Below, in pieces: positions 9,819 to 21,957 of a stretch of 64,000 bases of DNA. The stretch spans positions 201,310 to 265,309 of the forward strand of contig FLMG01001570.1 in the NCBI GenBank assembly GCA_900088475.1, given 5' to 3'. The notes under the pieces were generated by a model, which did no database searches, had not been told where the DNA came from, and saw only the letters and a program-made list of their open reading frames with translations. The position numbers were made by a program, and so were the translations under genes. Origin of the DNA: Hyphochytrium catenoides. Taxonomy: Eukaryota; Protista; Hyphochytriomycota. Numbering within the stretch: position 1 is the stretch's first letter; each line of letters starts with the position of its first letter.

Positions 9819-12800
9819 ATGGCGGATAGGAGGCGTGGCCACCCTCCTTACAAAGCAGGAGGGAATGGAAGGCCAAAACCTGGGCCTCCTCCCTCAACAG
9901 GCATTAAGAGCGGCATGACCGTCGAGGTGTGTGTTCTCATTCTCCTCCATGCCTCTTGCCTTTTAATCTCAACGTGCCTTGTGGTCCCTTACTAGGAGCT
10001 AAAGAAATTGACACAGCAGAGGATGAAGCAGACGAAAAAGAAAGGACCTCCACCTCCTCGCCCTATCACAATCCCACCTCCGGGAGGACCACCCAATGGT
10101 CCAGGTGGAGCCTCTGGTCCAACGTGGCAGCCTGTGCCCCACAAGTCTCCGACAAGGCCCACAGAGCCGGGGCGTTTGGTACCCAAGCGCGGCATGACTG
10201 TCGAGGTTCACACAGCTTCCGACTTGTCGCCTGAGTCATCTTGTATCCTAGTGCCTCAAACCTCTCGCCCCCTCTCTTTTGTACATTGCTGCGCATTCTC
10301 TTTCCATGTAACTTTCCATCACCAACCCCCTTTATGTCCGTATCCACTCTAACAGTTTAACCTACCCTAGGAGCTAAAGGAGCTCACACTAAGGCGTTTG
10401 GAGTCTGAAAAGGCTCAAAAGGGGGAGATAGGGCTTCCCGTAGAGGAGAAGTCGGGTCGCTCTCTGGGTGGACCCTTCCACTATCAGCCTAGGTTACCTG
10501 TTCAGATTGGGGCTGAACAGGCACCTTCACCATCTCCTCTCCCTCCACACTCGCCTCTGCCACCTCATTCTCCACTGCCACCGCATCCTAACTCTCGAGG
10601 CAATCGGCCTTCTAGTAGTCAGACTCGGATTTCAAGTAAGAGCTAGCTACGAGATGCTTCTTACCTTTCTATGTGCTTCTTGTGCTTAACCAAGTGACGA
10701 CTTCTGCTCATATTATTCGTCTTTCATTGCGCGTTATCTATGTCTTTTGCGTGCCTCTCTACCGGTTGTGAGCTCTCTCGGGTCAGGTCACGATTGAGCT
10801 GCTATCTCGATCATGATCCCTTTTAACATCTCGAAATCTTAGGCGGCATACCAGGGACTCCTCCGGCACCCGTAGGCGCGGTCCCGCTGTGGACATATTC
10901 GGAACCAAAGGCCGAGGGCACCGGCGAGCCGCAGATATATGAGAACAAGCAGAACCAACCTGCTCAGCAGAGAAACGCAAAGGTACAAAATCTATGATGC
11001 GGTCTGGGACTTATTCTTTTTTGGCACCTTCCAAGTTAGAGCGTTGGTGATCGCTAATGGGCTATTTTTCTATTTGCTTTTGCTCTCCGTTGATTACATC
11101 GTCGCTGCTGCTAGGGGACTCGGGAAGGCAACCGCTCTGCCAGGAGCTTTGCTTTGGGTGATGGCTATGGAGATAACGCAGTAGAACCGCCTCCGAGAGT
11201 AGCGTTTGAGGAGCCAGGACAGGATGTGAATGTGAGATCTGTCGGTGGTTTGTGGTCTCAGGATGGCTATGGAGGCTTCAATAACTACCAGGTAGCAAGA
11301 GCTTCAATGTGAAGGGAATACTCTTACAAATTTTTTAGCTGGATAGTGCTCCCCTCTCTGTTTGACTCCCGTTCATCTTCTCTAGTCTCGGGAACTGCTT
11401 CTCTTTCTACGCAGCCCACAATATTTTCCTGGCAGCTCCAGCGAGTGGCCTACCTTTTGTCTCTTCCTTCTGTGGTCACCTCTCCTTTCTCAAAATGCTC
11501 TTTTATCATTGGTCGACAGATGAGCTCTCTCTACCCCAGCGTCGGCCTGGAGATGCTAGGTTTGCTTGAGACTCCGCCCGCCGCCGCCGAGGCTCCGTCA
11601 CCCAGAGAACGCGAAACAGACTCAGGATCGACTTACACGAGAGGTAGAGTGCCATCGGTCAGTCTGGTGCCCAAGCAGGTGAGCGCTAAACATTATGCCT
11701 TTGCTTATCGGTCGCCTTCCTTTTTGAATATTCTCGGTCTGATTGATTTTGTTTATTCCCAAACGCTATAAAACTGTTGACAACTCCGCTGTAGATGGCT
11801 GAGGCTGTGTTAGGAGCATACGATAGACTTCAGATTTCGGACAACCTGCATAACGAGGAAACAGACACTTCGGTAAGAAGGTTGCCTCCTGGTCTCACCT
11901 TTTGGCCACTCATCTATGCCGATGATGCTCTCTATACGATAGGGTTACAGTGCCTCATCTCCGGTCCATCAACTGCAGCGACAAAGGGCGAACAGTAATG
12001 TTAGTTCTGGAGGCACGCCAACCAACACCAATGCTGCTCGAATGTTTCTTGAAAGAAGAGCCAGCAAGGAAAGTCTTAGCGCGATGATGAGCCAAAGTAG
12101 CCAAAGTAAGTTATCATCTACAAAGGAGATGGTATTTTCTTCCTGTCATAGTGCGCCTGGTCTCCACGCCTCTTCGTTGTTGACATTTTTGGTAATTGGG
12201 GTCTTTGCGCATTCCAATCTTCCTGTGAACGAATTCCTGACTCTTCACGGTCGTATGTCCGTAGGCAACCATGCTCAAGGTTCAAACTCCGCGAGCGCTG
12301 GATCGGGGGCCAACACAATCTCACGTCCTGGATTGGCCCGTCGGAAAAGTGTCGGTGCAGGCATGCTGCCAAGTAAGAAGGCGGACTTTGGTGGCGTTGC
12401 GAGCACGCTCTTCAATACGGAAGATACAGACTTACATAGGGGTATGTGCCTTCCATCCTCCTAGTTTGACAGCCTTTTGGGCATCTATTGCACTTGCACA
12501 AGCGTTGAACGTAGGAGACTCAAAAACTTCCACGTGTCCTGCCCCTTGTGATGGACCTCCATATACTAAGCTCTCAACTCTCTCGTCATCTCAGGCCTTC
12601 TGACCATGGCACTAGATCTGGGAAGCATCTCGGAAATGCCAGAGACAGACCAGGTCCAGGGTATCTCGTATGGACGAGAACATGGGATACGTAAGCACTA
12701 TGATAAGTGTTGAATTTTCTTCGTCTTTGGTCTCAATTTCCTTTGCATATGCTTAGTAGCACTATCACCGCGATAATTTAGACCGCCTCACTTCCGCAGG

Positions 12801-13922
12801 CACAGAAGGCTTCAGTCCCTATTCGGATTTCTCCTCGAATAGTGGAAGAGGAGTAGGAGAAGCAGCTAGTTGGTTAGGGGGCAGGAGTGGTGACTCAACT
12901 CCTGAATATTTGGATGTACTGGAGAGCCCAGGCGAGCTGGAAGGACACATTGAGAAGGTATGGTTGCTTGATCTCTCTCCTAAGCCTATTCTCTCTCTGT
13001 CAACCACTGTATGAAGACGATCTCTCACCTTGTTTCGTTCTCTATATTTGCTAACTCAACATCCTCATCCTTCCTGCATCACCCTCCTGCTTCAGCTTGC
13101 AAAGAGCCAGTCCAGTGGTAGTTATTCAAGCGAGAGCCCAGCCAGCGTACGTCACTATATTTTCCTTTCCAGATAGCTCTGTAGCTGTAGCAACGTTGTA
13201 TCTAATCTAGGTGCGTCGTATGTGCACTACCCAATCGGGTGATAGGCTCTGGCAAGGCTCAAGAGACGAAACAGCATTAGGCAAGCTCAGAGACAGCAAG
13301 AGGAGCAGGCTCGCAGCACCTCAGGTGAGAGCGGTCCGCAGATCCTTCATTATGACTTCAGAGAGTTCTGGAGACAGTGAGGGAAACTCGACGGATAGCG
13401 TTAACACATGCTTGATTCTTGCCTAGCTGTCCATCTGACTACTGCCCTTCCGTATAAACTGCTTGTGTCTAGATGAGACGAAAGAGTCCAACGGCACTAG
13501 GCTGCGATCGGGCTCTAGGAGCCGGTTAGATGACCTTAGGGAGAGGGACAGAGACCTGAACGGTAGGACCTTCATGAATCCGCAAGATGGCCAGAGCTTA
13601 GAGGAGCGCCTCGCTGAAGCAGCGCGGAGAGTAGCTGCAACCGCCACCAGTAACAATAAGGTAAAGAGATCTCTGCCCTCTTAACTGAGATCCTCTGTCT
13701 TCTCTGCGCTCTTCCTCTTCTCAGAGAGTGCCACTAGCTTCGTCAACCTCATACGCGCATTTGCTCATCATGTCTTCGGCTTTCGGTTTTCTACCATCGT
13801 CCTTGCTTACCTATCTATGGTTCTGTCAGGCGGAGTTCATGGCTGCGATGAATGAGCTAGAAGCTCTGAAAAAGGAAGCCCAGCGGATTCTAGAGCACCC
13901 GGGCTATGTGCAGCATCAGTGA
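9819..13922 (+). CDS. Uncharacterised Pro/Ser-rich disordered protein with two GMTVEELK.LT..R motifs and a VPKQMAEAVL motif; many exons
   Basis: ATG at 9819 gives MADRRRGHPPYK..KSGMTVE|ELKKLTQQRM..KRGMTVE|ELKELTLRRL. GT-AG introns lie at 9927-9995, 10206-10370 and 11679-11794. The last exon reads AEFMAAMNELEALKKEAQRILEH..stop. Internal exon structure is only partly resolved. Confidence 0.6.
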
Positions 13923-14854
13923 TAGCCGTCCTTTCTTCTTTCTCGTCCGCTTTCGTCTTCCTTGTTGTCCTGCTTTTCCATTTGTCTCACTTCTTTGTTC
14001 TTTGTCTTGGCTCGTCCTTTTATAGTCAGCACGTCTTCCACACTTGGCGAGGAGGGACAGCCAGTTACTTCTTCTTTCCGATCTTCTCTTCCCTGCCTTC
14101 CTCTATACCGTCGTATCAAGTCGCCGCTCCTGGGATTGGGGGAGGAAGTGAGGACCCCTTGCTACATATTTCCTTGTGCTTCTTTATTCTTTGACATTGT
14201 ACGGCTGAACACTCTCTGTCCATGTTCCAGTCTTTATATCGACGGCCCTATGGCTGCTAATAAGATCTACGTTCCAAGAAAAGTCTTCTCCGTGCCATTA
14301 CCTAGCTTCTCGTAATGTTTGGCTTCTGAACCTCCTCTCCTGTCAAGCATGAATGTATATCTTCTGCCCCGCCCTCTGCACGCGGTCTACGGCTCGCTTC
14401 ACCCTTCTCCTTATCTCTTCGCCAGCAAAAGCAACCAGAAGACGAGTACGCCCATTATGACGCGCGGGACCCTTCTACTAAAGGAAACGAGCTGGTTATG
14501 CCAAGCCAATGTTTTCCCTCCCTCGGGACCGACGCGGAAGCTAGGGATTCTTCTACCTTTTGCCGGTGTCTTGCCCCGAAGTGAATCGGCCTCGAACTCG
14601 CCGTCCATCGAAAGCAGCGTGCTCTGCGGATAGGCAACTACAGGGGTGGCCTATAGGCTAAGGCGTCTCCCCGTATATGTACATATGTTGTTGCTCCCTT
14701 TCATTAGGGATATAGCTCGCACTGCCCAGAGATCACATAGAGAACACACTGCATCTGTTTCACATTCGGGGCTCTAATGGTTCTAGTCAATAACATTAGC
14801 GTCTCCTGCTAGTAGGAAATAAGTTAAGTTTGCAGGGAGGCACCAGTCCTGCCA

Positions 14855-17800
14855 CTATTTGGTTCTGATGAATGCTCGAACCTCCGCCACAAAAGACCTC
14901 ATATTCTTCCTAAAAATCTGCTTGTTCTGCCTTGTCAACTGCGGTGTCACTCCGTTGTCTGTCAGTAACTTCTGGAAAGCCGCAGCCAGACGGTCAGCGT
15001 GCTCTGGCCCCTGTTCCCTCACGATACTCTGTATTACAAGCCAGTGCCGCTCCTTCTCACAGATGATCAAGGACAATACGGCATGTGAAATGGGGTCAAC
15101 AAGGCTGCCGATATGATCCTGATAGACCACCATCGAGAAGATGAGCTGCAAAGAGCGAGAGACACAGGCCCCAGGAGAACAACGGAGGGTGCAGAGAGAT
15201 GGGAAGTGATGTTAGCGGCTGTGGTAGGTCCTGAAAGATATGTCAAAGGGAGGATGCAGGCTCTTCAATAATTCTTTCCCTCTCTCGTTCGTGCAGTCTC
15301 TCCATTTCGTCCTCTGCTGCCCGCTTCATTGTGTTCACCAATCACTTCAACCGCAAACAACGTCCGATATCTACCTTCAGAAAGTCAGCAAAGAGTTCTG
15401 GCTCTTGCTGTAGCTTCTCTCTGAGACCTTCTCTTCCTCTCCCAACGGCTTGAGCATGGAAGCTTGCAAGTTCCGTTAAGGCCAATAAGCTTGCGCCAGC
15501 AATCTAGGCAGGCATTCGTGGACAAGATTACCGTTAGACGGTCGAAACGCTTGGCGCCGCCGCCACCACCCATGAGGCTCTTTCTCTCTGATATGTTCCG
15601 ATTCCTTCACCACTCCTCACCTCTTTCTGTGAACTCTGGATGCCCACCGCTAGTGCCCGCATCAACTTCTGGAAGAGACTACTGCTGAGTTTCGCCACTT
15701 TCTCAGGATAGACTTCCAAAAGAAAGCAGAGGAGAGAGAAGAACTGCTTCGACAGTGAAGGGAAGGCCAGAAGCTCTTCCGTCATTAGGGGTAGAACAAG
15801 GTTCAACGCATAGAACACTACGTCTGCGACCGCCACCTAAAAGGGCAAGAGACCGGGAAGAACGCCTTTAGAGATGATCAAAGTCTCAAAACGAGGTAAT
15901 CGGACACTGCGTAAGACAACAGGAAGCCATAGAAGACTCATGACGAAAGTCCTCACCGTGCTTCCACCCCCATTGTCATCAGCAAAGTCTACGATATCCT
16001 TGTTGATGAGATGAGACAGCAAGCGAAGCAGTGACAGGATGTGTTGGTAGCTCTCTTCCTCCTCGTCCGCGGTAAAGGTCCGGAGCCCAAGGTTGTGCTT
16101 TGAGTAGAGTTCAAAGACTCTGGCGCAAACCTGGTAGATGACCAGAGAATCCTGCAGTGTTACAATGGCAGTCGTGAGCCTAGGCTTTAAAAATGTGGAT
16201 GTTCACTCCATCTTCCTTTTGCGAGCAAGACCGCAGGGAAGAGGCAGCTGTTGGATTGTAAGGCAATAGTTGACAGGAACAGAAGAGAGCAATGGAAAGG
16301 GAAGCTGATGAGAGACCTAAGGTCTTTTAGCAGATATCATGGCCCATGGTTGGGAAAGATCATGAAAGAGCAGAGGATGGGAAACTTCTCTAAAAAGGAC
16401 CGAGAGTTTCGCTTGCTCAGACGTGCTTGACACTTGACCTGAGGGCTAAGGAAAGCCAGCTGTCCTTCTACCAGCGTATCAAAGTAGGACAGGAGCAGGT
16501 TCACAATGTCCAGACGGCCATGATAGATGTCCAGCAGCCGTATGAACTCCTCTGCGGCTGGCCGGCAGACACTGAAGACGAGCTTGTAGTTTTCACTTCA
16601 CATGTGAAGGGGAAATAGTGTTAGAAGTATTTTGTTCGCCTTCTCTGTTCTCGTTCCTTCCTTTCCCCTTTTGTTGGGCGTGAGCTTGTTCCTCACCTGT
16701 CTGCGGCCCTTACGACTCCCAAGAACATGGCAAGTACAGCTCTGGTTTCCTCAATGACATCACTTCGCTGTAAGAGCGACCGTCGATCTGGGTGCGTCTC
16801 AATCGCCGCCTGGAGGATGAGGCAACATTGAGTTGCTTTGAAGGAAAATTGAACTTTGCTGACCAACGAAGGATATGGCTCCAAAAGTAAGGAAAGAGCC
16901 TTAGAACCCTTTGGAGGGTAACGTAACGTCAAAGTCAAAGGTAGATCAATGCGGATGAGACAGGTTGACCCCAAGACAGTGGTGAGGAGGTCGGGGGAAG
17001 AGACCTACCAGCTTGTGAAGCCTTCCCTGCATTGGTCCCACAACTCTCTGGAAGTTATGTCTCCTCATATCATCTGTCTCTGCACGTAGCTCTCCTCTAC
17101 ATAAAGCCTCCACCAGCAGCTCTCTCCGACCCCTCGGGAGTCGGCCGAGGCGACCCTCCGCGAAAGCAGAGACTAGCTGGACCCATGAGGGCAACTGAGA
17201 GATGTTATCAACCTTGTTGGCTAGCAACTTCAGCAATCGACATGCCTGATGAGCCCCAAGAGGTCGGACGAGGGAGAACATCAATGTTAGGAGCAGGTCT
17301 AGACCCTTCCCTTTCTTGCCTCCCAATGGCCGTCCCTGGTGGAATGTTCATCCCTCACACAGACCATTCTCCTCACCAGCTGCGCAGCATACGTTCATCC
17401 CTCTCTGCCTCTGTCCCTTGGGTGCAGAACTGCTCTCTTCCTGGCGTACTCTACCTTCCACTAACGATATCTCCATAACAGCTGAGCGGTCAATCTGAAA
17501 CACTTCAGCCACGTCCCGCTTCTTCCCCCCACCCCGTTTTTCTCTTCTTTTCTCTGAACTTGCTATATCTAGAGCAATGTACTCTTGCGGGCTCCCTACC
17601 TGCTCTGTGACGTGTGGCTCGGTGGGCCAGATTGTAAGGTAAATAGTACATTGTTGGACGAGAAAGTCCACGACCTGTCTACCTCCCTCTCCTGGCCTTA
17701 GCCCATAATGTGCCTGGACTCCTATCCTCTTGGCCCCGAGTCTTTCTCTTTCTTCCCTTTCCTTCCCTACTCCGACGATGGGAGAGGTGGAGGAGAGATA

Positions 17801-20758
17801 CGAGGGCGCCCATCGCACAAAGAACTTCAGCAGCTCTTCGGCTAGCACAGGGCTGACCTGTACATCATCGGGCTTAGCATGGAACTTGCCAGAACCCTGA
17901 TCAACGGTAAATAGTCGGCCTGATTCTTGATCGAGGATCTGCATTATGGTTGAACTGAGGCCAATCGTGGGGTCTTGGCTGGCTTGTTCTTGTGAGAAAG
18001 AGGAGGATAGAGCTAGCAGAGGCTCCGGTATCTGAGGCGTCTCGCCCTCAGCATCGTCCGCCAAGAGAAACCGAGAGAAGAGCACGAGGAAACAAAGCTG
18101 CTCCAAGAGCTTGGCGAATTCTGGAAGATGACAAGAGGAAGGCAAGAGGAGTCATAAATGATTAGATCGTTTGTCAAGAGCAAAGTGAGCTATGGAAGAG
18201 AGAGATATAGTGGTGTAGGCAGTGAGCGTGAGAGAAACACGTCAATAATGGTATAAGAACAAGAGGGAGAGACCATAATCAGCAGAAGGAAGACACACCA
18301 GGCACCATCGTGTTTGGTGGTAGCTTTCTAGACAGGTCCAACAACATCTGACGGTGCTCTTGCAGTTTCCCAGCGAGCAGAGACAGAGAGAAAGCTGGGA
18401 CCATTCGGCCCAGTGCAGCAACTGCCCTCATCTGTTCCTCCTCTCCCGAACACCCTTCTCCTTCTCCCTCCTCCTCCTCTTCTTCTTCTTCCTCTTCTGT
18501 CAGTGACTCTATCTCCGCTGCCGCTAACTGAAGCTTCAGAGCAACGTAGCTTTCCAGGACGGGAGATACTGCAGCCGTGAGCACAGGGAAGAAGCTACTG
18601 AGCTCAGCAGACAGCGAAGCCAGCGTAGTGGGTAGGGAGGTTGGGAGCGATAGGATCTCAAGAACAGCTCTATGTGCTGCCATACTAGAGAAAGCATCTA
18701 GAAGCGAGCCCAGAGCTTCAAACATCCAGGAGCTTTCAGCCTGTGAGAGAATAAAAGAAGTGAGGTCGTGGCAGAAAGAGGCAGGCTTGAGTATGGTAGG
18801 AACATGACAAAGGGGGCCGATTCTCGACAAGCCAGAGTGAGAATTTGAGCAGACACATACCTCCTTTGCCCTGACCTCTCCCCTGCTAAGTGTCTCAGCT
18901 AATCCTTGCAGAAGTCGGCAGCATAGCGCTGCCAAGGTTTGCAGGACGTCTACTCGACCCGGGACTTTTAGAAGGAGTTCTAGCCCCAGAGCCTCAATTA
19001 CCCGTCCGACAATCTAGCAGGCATTAGGTGAAATCGATGCGCTTAAGTGTGCAGGCAAGTGGAAGGCTGAAGGTAGAGCTGAGGTCCTTGAAAAGTACAA
19101 AGCAGAGAGAAGTTTATGATCCACAAGAGAATTGGCGTTAAGGGCAGACGGAAATAGACATAGAGAAACAAGAGCTAGCCACACGAGAAAGAAGATGAGT
19201 CAGACCTGACAAAACGAGATAACCTCAAGCTGCTTTTCCTCTTCGTCCCGTATGGCGTTTTGTGCCTCAGGGGACAGGAACTAACAAACGAGTAGTAAGC
19301 CCTTCGCTCTCGAGTGCTCGTCTCAAACACTATTCTCTTACGTTTTCACTCTCTTCATCCTTATGAATCCTCTCCTCTAACCCAGACGGCTCCTCTCGTA
19401 AGTTTGTTCTCTCAACCTTCACCCCAACCTGCATAGAATGTTTCTATAGGTTTGGCTCTATGTAACATAGAGACGAGCATTTCGTCTCCTCGCCTGCTCT
19501 ATGAAGCTCGCCTGCTCTATGGACCTTCTTCAAGCCACATTATACTTTGCTGCTTCACTGTCCGACTGTAGGTCGTGTCCTCATCCTCTCCACTATTGTT
19601 AACATCTGTTCCTTACCTGGAAAGCCTCAGAGAGAATGAAAGAATGGAACTGGACTGATTCATCCTCGTTCTTGAAGATGCTACCATGTAAGGAGGCGAG
19701 ACGAAGGATGAGCTGGCGGAGGAGATGGGCGAGGGTTGGAAGAGAGAGGGTCCGGCACTGACGGTAGAGGTTGAAGGCAGACTGAAGAAACTCAGGCTGG
19801 ACGAGGAAATCCCGCCATGACGGGCCTGGGGCGATCAAGTTGCTCCTACAGGGAAAATTGTAAGAGCGAGTTAGAGAGATTGGCTTAGGGTTGGAGAAGA
19901 GAGCAGTACCGCGTTGCCGGGAAAATCCTAAGTGGAGTTTGTGGCTAGAAGGCGCTGATAGCTGTCCCAGGGTATCCTTCCCTACCTGTTCCCCTTCTTA
20001 TCAGTGAGAAATTCGTCCGTGGACTCAGCACTGGATAGTGAAAAGTCCCAATCAAGGAGTTCAATGCAGAGGGAGAGGGATGCCGACAGAAGTGCGAAGA
20101 CTGACGGCTCCCCATTAGGTAGCAAAAGGGCTGGCGCCTTGGAAATACCCGCAGCCTCCCTGAGAGCAGTCCTAGAGGTTGGATGAGAGACAAGAGAGGA
20201 GAAGAACGGGAAGGCAATCTCAAAACACTGTCTTAGCCCGTATGATAGCAGGCCCTTCCTGGCAAGAGCGTGAAACTCGAGAGAAAGTGACAGAGCACTG
20301 CTTTTGCTTGCAGAGAACTCCTGCACAAGGGCGGTTAAGAGCTTCAGCCCGACCAGCTGGTGGCGTCGGTCCATTGTTAGCAGGTTCCTCAGCTGCAGAA
20401 GCAGGAACTCCTTCTGGTCAGGTGGATCTTCCACCCATCCCCGCTTGCTAATGAGGGCAACGATCTGGATGAGCTGTGAGAGCACCACGGGTTCAAATGC
20501 CGAGAAGCGCTGGCAGCGATAGGTCCACGCAGCAGAAAGCGAGGTCGGGGAAGAGGTTGAGAGAGACAAGAGAAAGAGGAGGAATTGGAGGGGCGAGAGA
20601 TCGAGACAGAGAGAGAAGGCAGACCATCCGAGATCAAGACGTGTGAGGAGGCAGTCATAGGTAGCCGAAGAGAATGACGAGTGTTAGACAATCGGTGACG
20701 ATAGTGGAAGATAAGGGAACGTGCCAGAAAATGAAGGTCAGACATAAGGCCCAGGATA

Positions 20759-20821
<63 letters not shown>

Positions 20822-21449
20822 CTAGTGACCGAGTCTCTCCTTCTGCACCCGCGGGTTCAGACCAACGGCAAGGGAAGAGCTACGTGGACAGACTGACAGA
20901 GAGCGAAGGCAGGGCACAAGAAGGCTTAGCTCAAAGGGATGGAGGAGAGAGAAACCAGCAGGCCCCGCTGCGGCTGGAGACGACAACGTCAGGCCAGGAG
21001 AGAGAGGGCAGAACGAGAATGACTGGGAGGTGAGGAGGACAGAGAAAGACAGCAATGAGAAGCAGAAGGAATTTATAGCGATAGCGGTCGGCTGTTACGA
21101 AGCACAGAGAGAGAGAGACCAGAAGAGGAAAGCGGCGTTTAAGGCCTATGCACAGCACCTGCAGAACCAGATTGACCACTGAGGCTCTTATGTTCTTCTG
21201 CTCCTCGACAGAAAGAGAAATCCATCGCCTCATAACCGCCTCTCGCAGAGCCAGTGCCGCTTGGAACTGCACGAAGGCATCGCCACTGTGCTGGAGGATG
21301 GAGAGCGAGTCGGATATGGCTGAAGGATTCTGACGGAAGGAGAGCAGCGCGTTCTCAGCCTCCGTCCGGGCGGAAGAGGACCCTCCGCCGGTCTGGAGCT
21401 GCCGGCAAGCCAGCTCAAACATGTGAAGGTTGTGCGGCTCTGTCGTCAT
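14855..21449 (-). CDS. XPO4: Exportin-4 (importin-beta family), about 14 exons
   Basis: N-terminus AENALLSFRQ..ILQHSGDAFVQFQAALALREAVMRRW, the motif VQEFSASKSSALSLSLEFH, PLMTEELLAFPSLSKQFFSLL, and C-terminus FRKNMRSFVAEVRAFIRTK all resemble XPO4. Exons join in frame through GT-AG introns. Confidence 0.88.
20762..20819 (+). repeat. Perfect (GA)n microsatellite in XPO4 intron 1
   Basis: An uninterrupted GA run of about 57 nt, reading (CT)n on the sense strand. Confidence 0.95.
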
Positions 21450-21957
21450 TTCTCTCCCGTTTCTTCTCTGTTTCTCTCTACTTCTTTTCCTTCTCTCTCT
21501 TCTACTCGTTAGCCCTCTGTGGCAACAGTTATGTCCGTAGAAGTGCACCGTGTTGGCGTCCTTGTCCCTCAGATGCTCTCATCCCTTTCAACGCATCCTG
21601 AGGAGGACGCTCGGTCTGCTTCGATCTCTCACGGGGTCTGCACAGCCCTGCCCACTTCTCTGGACTGCCTCCCTGCCGGGCGATGCACCGCCTCTCTCTC
21701 TCTTTCTCTCTTGCCTTCGACTGCTCACTGTCTGAGCTGCTGCTCGCTGCCGAGCTTCTTCTGTCTCACTTTCTCTCTCTCCTTGGTCTCTCTCCTCGGT
21801 CTGCCCCTCTCCTCGCCGCCTCCACCCTTCCTTTGATGTGCTTCATTCTTAGAGGTGAAGGGCGCACCATTGGTTTTAAACGTGCGCTACTTATGAGCCT
21901 GAAGCGCACATAAAATACGAGGAATGTGAGAGGTCTTTTAGTGTATTAGAGCCTACG

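Noticed and set aside
14400-14680. GC-rich intergenic stretch considered as a structured ncRNA (SRP, RNase P/MRP)
   Set aside because: No diagnostic conserved motifs recognised; more likely a 3-prime UTR. An Infernal scan would be needed to exclude it fully.
19972-19980. GTATCCTT-like U12 donor matches (also near 7505, 15993 and 51451)
   Set aside because: They lie on the antisense strand of the host genes, not at exon boundaries.
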